From Octopus sinensis (lineage: Eukaryota), in contig NC_043003.1 of NCBI RefSeq assembly GCF_006345805.1, positions 46,934,001 through 46,998,000 on the forward strand: DNA of 64,000 bases. Direction: 5' to 3'. The notes under the pieces were generated by a model. That model saw only the letters and a list, made by a program, of their open reading frames with translations, did not search any database and was not told where the DNA came from. Below, piece after piece: positions 49,693 through 63,239 of the stretch; the first letter of the stretch is position 1; each line of letters starts with the position of its first letter. A program made the translations under genes and the position numbers.

Positions 49693-50192
49693 ATATATAT
49701 ATATATATATATATATATGCATGTTTGTATTTCCAAGTGACCATGTTTGTGCGTATACGTGTATATGAACGCGTTTTAGTGATCGTGTTAACGTGTGTAT
49801 AAATTAGTGCATGCATGTATGTATAATTCTATGGATATATGTGTGAATATACATATGCATACAAGTGTATAAGTGGTAGTGTGCTTATGCGCCCTTTGTG
49901 TATAGTTTCGTGTTTCGTGTCTTGTAAGGACGCATGTAGCTTGCTTAACCTTAGAGCAGACCTGATGCAGCGCATAAATGATCAAAAATGTTTCAACCGT
50001 AAATAACCCGTTCTGAACAGTTCTTTCTGATATAGGCACATAGCCAGAGATTATTGTATTTTTGCTTTTTTTTTTTTTTTAGAGTACATCGACTCTTGTA
50101 CTTCATTCGTACTTATTTTCTCGACAGGGTGAAATGCACACTTGACCTTAGAACGTAAAGAACCGGATGAAATGTCAATATGCATATTTTAC

Positions 50193-50410
50193 AAGGCGGC
50201 GAGCTGGCAGAAACGTTAGCACGCCGGGCGAAATGCTTAGCAGTACTTCGTCTGTCTTTATGTTCTGAGTTCAAATACCGCCGAGGTCGACTTTGCCTTT
50301 CATCCTTTCGTAGTCGATAAATTAAGTACCAGTTGCGTACTGAGGTCGATCTAGTCGACAGACTCCTCTCCAAAAATTTCGGGCCTTGTGTCTTGAGTAG
50401 AAAAGAATAA
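50193..50410 (+). mobile_element. SINE-A, tail-1
   Basis: AAGGCGGCGAGCTGGCAGAAACG...GGCCTTGTGTCTTGAGTAGAAAAG. Confidence 0.9.
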
Positions 50411-50936
50411 TTTTATTAGAACATTTGGATGTCAATACAAAGGAAGAGGGAAAAAAGAGCTAAGAAAGGAAAAGAAAGAAAAGGAATGAAAGTGAGGGGT
50501 GGTAAAGCAGCGGAGAATGGAAGGGGAAGCCACATACCCCAGAACAAATGGCGTGCCCAACCGTGCCCTAGAGTAAATACTGCGACGGTGTTGCCGTGGA
50601 GTATGCCCAGCGAAACTCTTTGCAGCAGCCATTCTACCTTGAAGGGGCTCATTTCTCAGACCGGCTGCCGTTATTCCTGTTTTACAGCGGAAATCTCGAC
50701 GACGACCGGCGCAAACTGATTGGGGGCCGAACAGCCCACTGGGTTTATTAATTTTTCTCTCCTCCTCATTACGGCCGGTGACACCTGGGTTTGCAGCTGA
50801 TACTACAAGGCTGGTGTACGACGTGCTAACGATTCTGTCAGCTCATCGACTCGTTGGAGATGAACAATAACAACAGAATATAGAATTGCTCATTTAGCTG
50901 TATTATAATTCCATGAACATCTAAGATAACGATAAA

Positions 50937-51228
50937 CGTCACCCTTTTCAAGCCTAGCCAGGCTCATGGGCCCGGTTTCCCGGTTTCTGTGACGTATGTG
51001 TTCCCCCCAGCTGGACTGGACGCCAGTCCATCGCAGCGTTACTCAAGAAACAAGAAGAGAGAGTGAGAGAAAGTTGTGGCGAAAGAGTACAACAGGGGTC
51101 ACCACCACCCCCTGCCGGAGCCTCGTGGAGCTTTTAGGTGTTTTCGCTCAAAAAAAACATACACAACGCCCGGTCTGGGAATCGAAACCGCGAGTCCGCT
51201 GCCCTAACCACTGGGCCATTGCACCTCC
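50937..51228 (-). mobile_element. SINE-C with alternative 3' body
   Basis: Head as in 12030-12200; body CTGCGATGGACTGGCGTCCAGTCCAG differs. Confidence 0.85.
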
Positions 51229-52403
51229 ACCGAACGTCTAAGATACATTATAAAAATTGACCTTCCTCGGTCCGACATCAGAAGCTGAAATGACCCAGAA
51301 CATTAAATGCCATAGCTAAATGACGCCAACGCACAAATGATTAAACCAATTCAAACGACAAGTTGACTTAAGACAGTGTGGATTCAGAATTTTAAACACT
51401 GCGCATGAGTGAATAGACTTGTCATTATAGAAAGTGGTCGTTTCAAAGCTCGAAGCTGGATACAGTAATAATAACTATTTATGAATACGCGGAGACCTCT
51501 AGCGGACAGTTAATACAAAGGAAGTGATTTCTTCATAATATTTGGCAGGATCAGCATTTTAAGATGGGTTTGACAAGTTAGGGTGTCTTTTTTAATATCC
51601 ACCGTCGAAGCCCAGTAAGCTTAATTAGTTATGCATTCGACGGTTTTGTTTTCACCGGTGTAAACGTAAACTCACGCACAACACAAGCATTCACGCACAG
51701 CACAAGCATTCACACACACACACACAACACACACACACACACTCATACTTACATAGACACACATTCACATGGTATAGTTGCTAGAATGTTGGGTTCATGA
51801 ATGTATGACCCGAGTTCAATTCCTAGACGGGACACGTATTGAATCCTTGAGCAAAGCACTTCATTCCTTCAAAAAAAAGAAGAAATTCGCAGTTCTCCAT
51901 ACCTCTAAGTTTGAGAAGATTATCAAAACCAGAAACCTGAAAATAGTCTTATCGCACCTTATAAAATTTTTCTTGGAATCCCTAAAGCTAAATAACAGCA
52001 ACAACAATAATATCAGTGACGCTTTATTGGTTCGATGCTGTATGTGTACTCAGGTATGTATGTATGATTGTGTATGTGTATGAGCGTACACGATTGTGGG
52101 CATGAATGAGTGATTGTGTATTCATGTTAGTGCGTGTAATTGTGTGCATGATCTGTGTGTGTGTGCGTGTGCCTATCTGTGTGTCTGTCGGTATGTCTGT
52201 ATGCACGCACGCGCGCAGGCACGTATGTCTTGTAAATCCGTCATCTGGCTTAATACTATCACTGGCTCACATGTGCCTTTAGCAGAGTCCAATCTGTCGC
52301 AAACATCCTGCATCTGCTCCCACTTGTAGCTTTTAATACACGTTTCCCCGACCCAGTCTTGGAGTTTTTGAAAGACACATAAGTAGTGTCCCGCCTTTCA
52401 AGC

Positions 52404-52450
<47 letters not shown>

Positions 52451-54214
52451 AACAGAATAAAACAGGCGAGTTACTTTTTTATCTTTTTATTATAGCATCA
52501 TAAATTATATAATCATTACATGTGTTTCCCTAGCGAATACTAGTACGTTGAGCTATAATCGTTATGCAGATGACTGCATTATCACATGGAAATGCCAGAT
52601 ATTCAGAAGAACATAATAATTTAATCTTTTATTACTTACCAACATCACTTGGTTGATAGTGCTAAATTAGACCCATATATGAGCTGTTGAGAACACTCTA
52701 TATATAGCAGTAAAGAAAAGAAGGCTATTATTTTTATTGTAATAGTAAAATGAAAATAGAAAGAAAAATAACTGTAATCAGGATGTTTGAAGAAAAAGGG
52801 AAGGCCACAGATCAAGGAAAAATCTAAGTTAACAATGATAAATGGTTTGTGCCATCACCGCTAGTAAAAGCTGTCTGGAATTTGTTTTGTGAGAAACAGC
52901 CATGCCTTCCTCCTCACTCGTACACAGAATCACGCTCACACACAAACATATACGTATATATAATTTCTTTTATATGTATTTACTACTAACTACATATGTA
53001 TATATCAGTACTTCGAAACATACACATCTACACATATAGGAATAATAGTGCGGATTCAAATACGCGCCTACATACACATACATTGAATCCATATTTATCT
53101 CTTCATAGATGACAATCGTATACAGAAGCACCCGACTCGAGTAGCAAAAACGGTTATGAAACAATTATCACTCCCGTTTTAAATAAAATTAAAGGATTTG
53201 GTCATTAATTTAAATATTTGGAATTTTTGAATTGGTATGTATTCTTGGTCATATATCGTTCTAGCTAATAAGATAGGGTTTAACTCTTCTCTGAACTTTT
53301 TCCTCTATCCGATAAAGAAGCACACTCGAAACGTCGTTTCTAATCCTCTCTTTTCCATCAAAAACTTTCACTGCGCGTCAATTTAATAAATTCACTGTGT
53401 ACGACCAAGTGACTTTTGTTGAGTTTTTTTACTTTGTTTTGTTCTTCGATCTGCATACATACACACATACAGACATACGGACGGACGCACGGACGGACAG
53501 ACGGACGGATGGATGGATGGATGGATACAAATAAATTTACAATTATATGTATTATTTTTTATATAGTGAGAGTAGAGTAATTTTATACCATCATTATTTC
53601 AACATTTTATATTCATATAGCAGAGTTATTTTGACTAAGCTAAAACAATGTACTCAACTATTATTTACTATCTTAAATGAATAGAATTATGTTTATAAAA
53701 TTTAAATGACTTAAAAATTTTATGTTTGCAAGAGAAAAAGCATCTTTGTTTTAGGTTACAATAGTTATTTAATCAAATATTCGGCGATTTAGTAGACCAT
53801 AATTTGAATTCTTTCTTGTTTCCAATGTAAGAGGAGACTCTTGCTATGACGTTCAAGTGTAGTATTTTGTTTACATTCGAAGAATTAAGATTAAAGATAC
53901 ACTTAGCTAGTTTAGTTGAATTACATAAACCTTTATTCCTAAAGCTGCGGGTTAACGATATTTAAAAGATTTACAAGCAGATCCTATGTCATAACGATTA
54001 TCCTTTGTTGTAATGACACTTCATCTGTAGATAACGTTACGTAGGAAGCAGCTGCCTCTAAGAAGACGAGTAAAAGTCTTTCTACAGTTACAGTTTGAAG
54101 CAATATTTTGCCAAATTTATCCTTCGTTCTTACTCTATTAATAATACTGTTGCTACTGCTTACGTTAATCCCTATTCACTTCTTATTTCACATTCTTTAT
54201 TAGGTTTTCTAATA

Positions 54215-54655
54215 ATGGTTTCAAATTTTGGGGCAAGGCTAGAAATTTCGGGGGTAAGTCGATTACATCAATCCCAGTGTTGAACTAGTACTTCTTTTAT
54301 CGACTCCGAAAGAATTAAAGGCAAAGTCGACCTTGGCAAAATTGGAACTCAGTACGTCAAGACGGACGAAATGCTACTAAACATTTTGTCAAGCGTGCAA
54401 ACGATTTTGCTAGCTCACCGCGTTATCAAATTTTCTAATATCGGTTTCAAATTTTGACACAAGGCTAGCAATTTCGAGAGAGGGAATAAGTCGACTGCCT
54501 CGATCGCACTGTTCAGCTGCTACTTATTTTATCAATCTCGAAAGGATGACAAGTAGAGTCCTTCATGGAAGAATTTGAACTCAAAACGTAATAACGGACG
54601 AAATGCTGCTAAGCATTTTGTTCGGCAAGTTAATGATTTTGCTGAATCGCTGCCA
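54215..54655 (-). mobile_element. Two tandem old SINE-A copies
   Basis: 54215-54425 and 54440-54655. Confidence 0.78.
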
Positions 54656-54697
54656 TATTAGATTTACTAATATCACTACATGCATAGATCGAATGTA

Positions 54698-54752
<55 letters not shown>

Positions 54753-54963
54753 GAGTGAGAGAGCAGTTCATGCCATCAAAGTGACACTTGGGTAAAATAT
54801 ACGAAGCCCAATATACTCATCATGACTACCCGTCTGATAAGGGTACACCGGGCACATGCATCACAACCATATGTGCGCGACATGGTGATTTCATATCAAG
54901 ATAAACAGCACATGACCTTGCAGGTGGGGCCCAGTTAGAATTTTCTTCAGGTTGAGTAGCCCA

Positions 54964-54964
<1 letters not shown>
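54753..54964 (-). mobile_element. Element E in (ATT)n
   Basis: Matches 4913-5070 plus segments absent there. Confidence 0.8.
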
Positions 54965-55004
<40 letters not shown>

Positions 55005-55016
55005 TATTATTATTAA

Positions 55017-55225
55017 AGCAGCGAGCTGGCAGAATCGCTAGCACGCCGGTGAAATGCTTAGCGGTATTTCGTCTGCCGCTACGTACTGAGTTCAAATTCC
55101 GCCGAGGTCGACTTTGCCTTTAATCCTTTCGGAGTCGATAAAGTAAGTACCAGTCAAGTACTGAGATCGATGTAATTGACTTACCCCTCCACCAAAAATA
55201 TCAGCCCTTGTATCTATAGTAGAAA
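55017..55225 (+). mobile_element. SINE-A in (ATT)n
   Basis: Head, body and tail-1. Confidence 0.88.
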
Positions 55226-55246
55226 TTATTATTATTATTATTATTA

Positions 55247-55278
<32 letters not shown>

Positions 55279-55415
55279 TATCATTATTATTATTATTATT
55301 ATCATTATTATTCAGTAGTTTTATTTTTATTTTTATAGCGTGCTTTCACTTCACTACCGAGCGCAACTCTGTGTGCCTTGGGTATGTGCTGTGATTTGTT
55401 GTGATGCTCTGATGG

Positions 55416-56102
55416 TTATTGTATGGAAAGTGTTCTGCGTAGGATGTGTGCAGTGCCTAGTAGTGCAATTTTCTGTATGTTATATGTGTTTGTAAGTCCT
55501 GGTGTTTTTGTTATGTATTTGTCTGAATATTTTTTTATCATGCCTAATGCACCTACTATGATAGGAATTGTTTCTGTTTTCAGATTCCACATTCTAGTTA
55601 CCTCTATTTCCAGGTCTTTGTATTTTGAGAGTTTCTCCATTTCTTTTAGAGACACGTTGTCATCTGCCGGTACTGATACATCAATTAGAAAGCATTTTTT
55701 TTCTTCATGGTCTCTGACAACTATATCTGGTCTGTTGGCCTTAATTTCTCTATCTGTGTGTATCGGCATATCCCAGAGTATGGTTGCTTTCTCGTTTTCT
55801 GTGACCTTTTCTGGTGTGTGCCTATACCATCTTTTTTCTGTTGTTATTCCATAATGTTGGCATAGCTTCCAATGTATGTAAGTTCCAACTCTGTCATGTC
55901 TGTGAATATATTCCTTCTTAGCCAGGACTGGGCAGCTAGAGATAATATGATTTATTGTTTCTTGTCCATCTCCACATATTCTGCAGTTACTTGTAATATT
56001 TCTTTTCATTACATGTTTTTGGTAATTTCTGGTGGGGAGGCTTTGGTCTTGTGCTGCAATTAAAAATCCCTCTGTTTCTGCTTTGAGTCCTGAGCTTCTC
56101 AA
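55416..56102 (-). pseudogene. Zn-knuckle + restriction-like endonuclease segment of the LINE
   Basis: CRICGDGQETINHIISSC (CCHC), RHD, ANRPDIVV...LIDVSVP...EKLSKY; joined to the RT by a 1-nt frameshift near 56125. Confidence 0.93.
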
Positions 56103-57469
56103 CCATTGCTGGGATTTTTCTTGTCTATTTCTTTTGCGTTTAGTTTAGTCCAGTATTTACCATGAAGGGGCTTTTCTTGCCATCGTTTTATCATGGTTCG
56201 TTGCTGTTCTATTTTTAGTTTGGATTTCATTTTTTTTATAGCTTTTGTTGTTTCTTCATCTTCTTCTTCTTCTTCATGTTTATTAGGTGGTATGATTTCT
56301 TGTTTGTATTTGTCAGCTTCCTTAAATACTGAGAACAGTTTTTTGTTTTGCTCGTGTTTTGCCGCTATCTGGATCAGTTTTCCTTCCTTCTGAAGTAGAT
56401 ATTTTTGCAGTCCTATGGTGGTTAATTTATAGTAGTTTTCCAGCTGTATAAGGCCTCTACCACCTTCTATACGTTGTATATATAGTCTTTCTATGTCAGA
56501 TTTTGGGTGATGCATCCTAGATCCTGTCATTATTTTTCTTGTTTTCCTGTCTATTTTGGTCAGTTCATTTCGTGTCCAGTTAAGGATATTGTAGCTGTAA
56601 CTTATAACTGGGACAGCTAAAGTGTTGATACCTATTATCTTGTTTTTAGCATTGAGCTCTGTGTTTAGTATTGATCTAACTCGTCTATAATATTCTTTTT
56701 TTATTTTCTCTTTCATTTGTGTGTGTTGTGTCTTATCTAGTTCATGGATTCCTAAGTATTTGTAAGTTTGGCTTTGGTCTAATTCTTTTATTTCATTTGC
56801 TTCATCTAGTGTGATGTTGTTACTCTTAACTAGTTTTCCTCTTTTCATGGTTACTTTGGCGCATTTTTCTAATCCAAATTTCATATCTATTTCTTTGGTA
56901 AATCCATGAACTGTCTTTAATAGTGTTTCCAGCTGTTTGTCATTTGCAGCGTATAGTTTTAGGTCATCCATATATAAAAGGTGGCTGATCGTTTTGCCGT
57001 AACATTTATATCCGCATCCAGTTCTATTTAGCATATCAGATAGAGGTGACAGTGCCAAGCAGAAAAGGAGTGGAGAGAGCGTATCTCCCTGGAATATTCC
57101 TCTTCTAATGGGGATGTCTTTGGTTTTCATGAGTCCCTCTTTTGTTTGGAGGTGTAGGACTGTTTGCCATTTATTCATAGAGTGCTCTATGAATTTTATG
57201 ATTGTTGGTGCTACTTTGTTAATGGCTAGTGTTTCGAGGATCCATGTGTGGGGGATGCTATCAAACGCCTTTTTGTAGTCAATCCAGGCCATACTGAGGC
57301 CTTTCTTCTTTCTGTGGCTGTCTTCAGTTATGGCTTTATTAATCATTAGTTGATCTTTACAGCCATATGAGCCTTTGCGGCATCCTTTCTGCTCTTCTGG
57401 GAACAGTTTGTTTTCGTCCAGGTGCTTGTTCAGCCTTTGTGATATCACTGCAGTAAATGCCTTGAACAT
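56099..57469 (-). pseudogene. Reverse transcriptase ORF segment of the Dong-like LINE
   Basis: NYRPITCLPT (just upstream), WIDYKKAFDSIPH, IFQGDTLSPLLF, LLYMDDLKL; frame continues upstream through one stop (IPK*NET). Confidence 0.93.
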
Positions 57470-57656
57470 AGTAGGGAGGCAGGTTATTGGTCTGTAGTTT
57501 TCTGGTTTTTCTGTTTCATTTTATTTGGGAATTAAGATGGTTTTCCCCTTCGTGAGCCATTCAGGCATTGTCTCTGGCTCTGCTAGTACGTTGTTAAAGT
57601 TTTCAGCCAGCTTTTTGTGCATTCCTGTTAGATATTTCAACCAGAAGTTGGGGATC

Positions 57657-57727
<71 letters not shown>

Positions 57728-58342
57728 TTCAGGATGAGAATTACTGGTGCTAATTTCTTTCGTTATTTTGTTTATTAGTTATATAGAATTATCATCATCT
57801 ATGTTATAATTATTAATTACGATTTTTACATTATATCCACTAATTATGATTTTCTTCAGCTAAAGATGTATTTTTTGCTTTTTAACATAAGAGATGCTTT
57901 CTCGTCACGAATATCGCAAATTAGGAGGATTTCAACGATATATCTACTTTATGTATGCTGTGCAGATCACTTTATTTGCGTCACTAATAACGAATTTTTA
58001 TCCAGCCTACTGGCTAAGTGCGACATCAGTGATTAATCAATCAGTATTTAATTATATCAGTAGCAGGCAATATTCTCCTACTTTGCAGTACCATTAGATA
58101 TTTACTACTGACAAAGCTCAAAGATGCAGAAATACGCATTTAGCAATTCCACCACCGCTGCTGGACTGCTTCGTCATCTGGAATATTTCTGCTTTTTAAC
58201 ACAATATATCTATATGAGATACTTTTTCGAGACGAATACCGCCGTTTAGTCAGCTTTATATATCTACTTTAAGTATAAAGTACAGATTACTATCTTCAAC
58301 TAATACTGCGCCCATCACTTATAACGGACACACACACGCACG

Positions 58343-58400
<58 letters not shown>

Positions 58401-58882
58401 AGTTTTCTTAGAGCCATTTGTATGAAGTGTTTCTTATTGCGGAAACCATACGAGTACATCGTGATACAGAATAATAAAATTCACTTAGGCAGATAGAGAT
58501 AGATTCGTCAAAGATACACACATACATACACACACATATATATTTACATGAAATATGATACTCGTGTGCATATGAAATATATAAATATATATAGAGAGAG
58601 AGAGAGCAACATATAATCACACACACACAAATATAAATATGTTTATTACTACTGGATTTCTTATTTTTTTATATCATAAGCTTGGTAAGGTTTCGGATAA
58701 GTTGATGTATAAGGAGCCAGAATGGAAGACATTTCGAAACAAATAAGGGGTTACATTTGGCTGGATGGACGCATGTCTGTTAAGGGCTTAAAGTAGTCTG
58801 TTCATCTCAGAGACACCAGTCCGTATATGAGAACGCGTGTGTATGTTCACACGTGCGCGTGCTTGTATCTGTCTACCTTCCT

Positions 58883-59115
58883 ATTTCTTTATTACCCACA
58901 GGGGGCTAAACACAGAGGGGACAAACAAGGACAGACATAGGTATTAAGTCGATTACATCGACCCCAGTGCGTAACTGGTACTTAATTTATCGACCCCCAA
59001 AAGGATGAAAGGCAAAGTCGACCTCGGCGGAATTTGAACTCACAACGTAACGGCAGACGAAATACCGCTAAGCATTTCGCCCGGCGTGCTAACGTTTCTG
59101 CCAGCTCGCCGCCTT
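58883..59115 (-). mobile_element. Young monomeric SINE-A tail-2 with perfect 17-bp TSD
   Basis: TATCTGTCTACCTTCCT at 58866-58882 and 59116-59132. Confidence 0.95.
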
Positions 59116-59224
59116 TATCTGTCTACCTTCCTGTCTGTCTGTCTGTATGTATGTATGCATGCATGCATGTAAACATGCATGTATGTATATATGCATGCAT
59201 GTATGTGTGTGTGCATAGATGTAT

Positions 59225-59578
59225 AAACACAGGTAACCACATTGTTTCGGGTTCAGTACTACTGCGTACTACCTTGGTCAAGTATCTTCTAGTATAGCCT
59301 GCGACCTACCAGAGCCTTGACATTGGATTTAGTAGTGCGCGCGCGTGTGAGTGTGCGCGCGGACGCGTGTTTGTTTTTGCGTTTAGGCGTGTGTGTTCCC
59401 CTCTCCCTACCATCGCTTCACAACCGGTGTCGGTTTGTTTACATTCCTTCAACCTTCGACAAAACATACCCTTAGAATAAGTACTATACTTAAAAAGATA
59501 ATTACTGAGGTCGATTTATTCGACAAAGCACTTCAAGTCAGTACTCCAGCATGGTCGCAAATAGAAGATAAAAGATAC
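59225..59578 (+). mobile_element. Old SINE-B
   Basis: Diverged head, (GC/GT) interior and 3' module. Confidence 0.7.
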
Positions 59579-59835
59579 ATTTATAAGTTTAGCCGTAGAA
59601 ACAGAAGAAAGAATGCTTAACGCATGTAGCGGAGTTGGGTCGTTCGAAACCGATGATTTACTTCCGTGGTTCCCATATATTTTTTACGTATGAGCCCCTT
59701 TTGTTCCTATTTTGCTTGGGAGAGAGGACTGCCATATCCATTTGATGTTTATATATATATAGTTTACTGTTCCATCAACAGGTAAGATCGGCAAAAAGTA
59801 CTTCATCCACTAAGAAATAAATATTATTTATTATA

Positions 59836-60745
59836 CGAGGTGATATCAAAAAGTTCCCGGACTAGTTCTGTAGGGCCCCAACAGATGGCAGCACACGGTT
59901 GAGTGCGCAGTGAGAGCTAGCAGTAATCTTCATGAGGTAGTGCGCCGATTAAAATTATTGTGTTTACTTCGCAATTTGTGAAATTTATATTTTGGGGCTC
60001 ACGTGTATGCTGTAGTCTGCGATTTTTGTCATGGACAGGCAGTTGGAGCGAAGAGCCAACGTGAAATTTTGCGCAAAACTTGGGAAGTCTGCTACAGAGA
60101 CATTGAGCATGCTTCTGCAAGCTTACAGTGATGATGCAGTGGGTCATACACAATGTTACGAGTGGCACCGGTGCTTCAAAAACAGAAGGACGTCCCTGGA
60201 AGACCTGCCACGAGCGTCACCCCCGGAAATGTAGTACTGTGCATCGAGAATTCGTCCCCCAGGTCCAGACCGTCAATCGAGTGTTCTACTGCAATATTTT
60301 GAAGCGTTTGAGGGAGGACATTCGGCGAAAGCGACCGGATCTGTGGAGAGCGAAGAACAGGATTCTTCACGACAACAATGCACTTTGTCACTGAGTTCTC
60401 CTCACTCGTGAGTTTCTCGCCAAAATCAACATGGTATCGCGTCCGCACTCGCTCTATTCGCCAGATTTAGCACCTGCGGACTTCCATCTCTTCCCCCAGG
60501 ATGAAAATGCAGCTCAAAGGTCGCAGTTTTAACACCGTTGTCGAGATCCAGAACGAATCGCAGAAGGTCCTTGAAATGCTTACGGAAAACGACTTCCAGA
60601 TCGAATTCCAATAGTGGCAAGAAAGCTGGGACCGGTGTATTGCTGCGCAAGACGACCATATCGAAGGAGATGATGCTAAAACTTAGGAAAATAATTTAAT
60701 TTTTATTAAATATAAATAGCTCGGGAGTATTTAAATAAGTTTTAC
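59836..60745 (+). pseudogene. Internally deleted mariner transposon
   Basis: TA|CGAGGTGATATCAAAAAGTTCCCGG terminus; MDRQLERRANVKFCAKLGKSATETL; LHDNNA; YSPDLAPADF; WQESWDRCIAA; central part missing; right TIR degraded. Confidence 0.88.
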
Positions 60746-60860
60746 ATAAGGAGCTATTAACTAATGCACGGTATTTAAAATTCACAATATCATTTATTAG
60801 TCACCGGATATCAGGCCATAAAACTATTAGTAGCTCTTATTTAAGTACTGCGTATATTAA

Positions 60861-60941
<81 letters not shown>

Positions 60942-62644
60942 TGTGTGTGGAGAAAGCAGTAGCTGGGAAAATCGACTTCCCGGCAAAGTTCCCAGTTTCG
61001 AAATTTTATGTCACTTCATTATTTACTTACGTACGTTTGTATGTATGTATGAATGTATGTATGTATGTATGTATGTATGTATGTATGTATGTATGTATGT
61101 ATGTATAGGTAAGTAGGTAGGTAGGTAGGTAGATTTTTTAATTTCATGAATTCTTATAAAGGAGGGTTGATTTCTAAGTAGAAATAAAGTTTCATCTTTG
61201 GAATGTAAATAACATCAGTAAAGAATTACAGATTGGATTTGCAGAGCGCGTGTTAAACGGTCTCTTTTTCCGCCTGAAAACACCCAGATTTCCTAGACTA
61301 TTTAATATTTCGTAACACAACCAAGCATGCCAATGGTAATGCTCACAAATGTAAATTTATAAACTGGGTAGAGAATTTGTAGGTTTAAAAGCAGCTGGCC
61401 AGAAATATCATCTCCTTCACTGAGTTTGAATGAAATGTTCTCCACTTCTCAACAGCTGACATCTATAACTACATAATATTTCGTTTCCTTCTAAAACGAA
61501 AAATGATTATATCAATCCTCTTGTGTTTACATTTGTCTGGAGTTTTTCATAGGAATGTTCCACCGAAACTACTTAAGTTGGTAACTATTATGAATAAACT
61601 GAACATGAGAAATAATTTCAATAGCTATCTCAGAGCAGTCTTTACGTCAGGATCGAATTTTTGCATATATTGTTTTTAATAGCAAAATCATGTTGCATTG
61701 GATAGTATTACTTTAATGACACTTTTGAGCAGCTGCGAGCCAAATATGCCTCTCTTGATGTGTGATGTAGTCGCCATTTTCCGTCACGTCTTACGAGTTT
61801 GCTCAACGGGTGTTGCTGTCTCCTGCTTTTGTTTTTGCTTTTTTCAAACGCATAAACTTAAATATAACGTAATATCATGTAGCGGCCAAGTGGCCAAGTG
61901 GCCAAGAGAAGCCACACGTCCTTTTAATAATGATATCACTTTCAAGTTTATGGAAACTATAGCCATGTATGATAACTCTTTCTCCTCTTAGTCATGTTCA
62001 TCCAGTGTTTCTGGAGGTCTCATAGATCATCTTCAAAAACAGATGCTGTTTCGTGTGTTCACTCACGACACATGAGATGCTGTTCTCTTCTCTTTAATAT
62101 ACTTTTACACAATTCTGTTAAATGTGCTATGTCTCTTTCGTATATTCCGGACGTCTTGAAAACGTATGTGCTGAGCAATATTACCAAATGAATTATATAT
62201 GAAAAAGCAGTGAGGAGTGAGCCTGATCTGTTTCGCCCTTTTTAGTCCTCATCAGCGAATCAGTCTAACCGTTTCTGCAGATCCTAGAATGATGAGGGAC
62301 TTCTTGTGGATGAACACTATGCTTCGCCGATGATGACACATAAGGCGGAAACATACTTAGATTTATCATTTTTCTTCTAAGGATCAACCTCACTCTCTAC
62401 TGCGGTCTACATGTGATTTATTAAACATTTCGATGTTGTCTACCCTGTTTTCTCTCACAAAAATGAGTCATTTAACATAATTATTGTTTTCTCATCATTG
62501 TGGGTGTAATTTTAATTAAAATTCTAATGGAATAATAAACATATCAAATATGCTACCGCCCACTTTAATAGTGTGTAAATGTTTATAGATATATGTGTGT
62601 GTGTCTATGTGTATGTGTTTGTATTTGTGCATATGTGTGTGTGT

Positions 62645-62675
<31 letters not shown>

Positions 62676-62685
62676 ACGGAGATAG

Positions 62686-62755
<70 letters not shown>

Positions 62756-63184
62756 AGACAGAGCTATATGTGTTTCTGTGTATGTGTGTCTATATATTAT
62801 ATATTCATGGGCACTTGTGTATATATGTGTGTGTGTGTGTGTGTGTGTATATGTATGTGTAGGAATAAACTGTTTGGGTACAAATCGAAAGAAGAAAGTT
62901 TGTTCATTTTAAACACAGCTGAAGGAACGACTTCTCAAGATATACGACGACCATGTTTACACATATCAATTGCGATGGTATTTGAAAGGATACAGCGGCA
63001 ACATTAGACGCACTTAAAAAAGACAATCACGGAAGCGATGGGATAGCTATGTTGTACTGAAATGTCCGGGAGACCATGTGTCACATGCCCGAAAGTATAG
63101 TTACTCAAGTGCACCTTAACCACTTGTGGACCATATAAACTAAAAATACACATAGTATATCTGCATTATATATATATATATATT

Positions 63185-63235
<51 letters not shown>

Positions 63236-63239
<4 letters not shown>

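Larger units (their letters stand above)
55310..57659 (-). mobile_element. 5'-truncated R4/Dong-like non-LTR retrotransposon
   Basis: RT + CCHC + RLE domain order; (AAT)n on both sides. Confidence 0.93.

Noticed and set aside
50429-50719. GC-richer ORFs on both strands
   Set aside because: No recognisable motif; the first third is a purine-rich low-complexity run; possibly an old TE fragment.
61690-62190. Coding-like minus-strand text (EEKELSYMAIVSINLK...)
   Set aside because: Multiple stops and no identifiable domain; cannot be assigned without a tBLASTn/HMM search.
62215-62350. Hammerhead-like CTGATGA...GAAAC (minus) and CCGATGA...GAAAC (plus)
   Set aside because: Core words are present but stem II is mismatched and no stem I or NUH register could be found.
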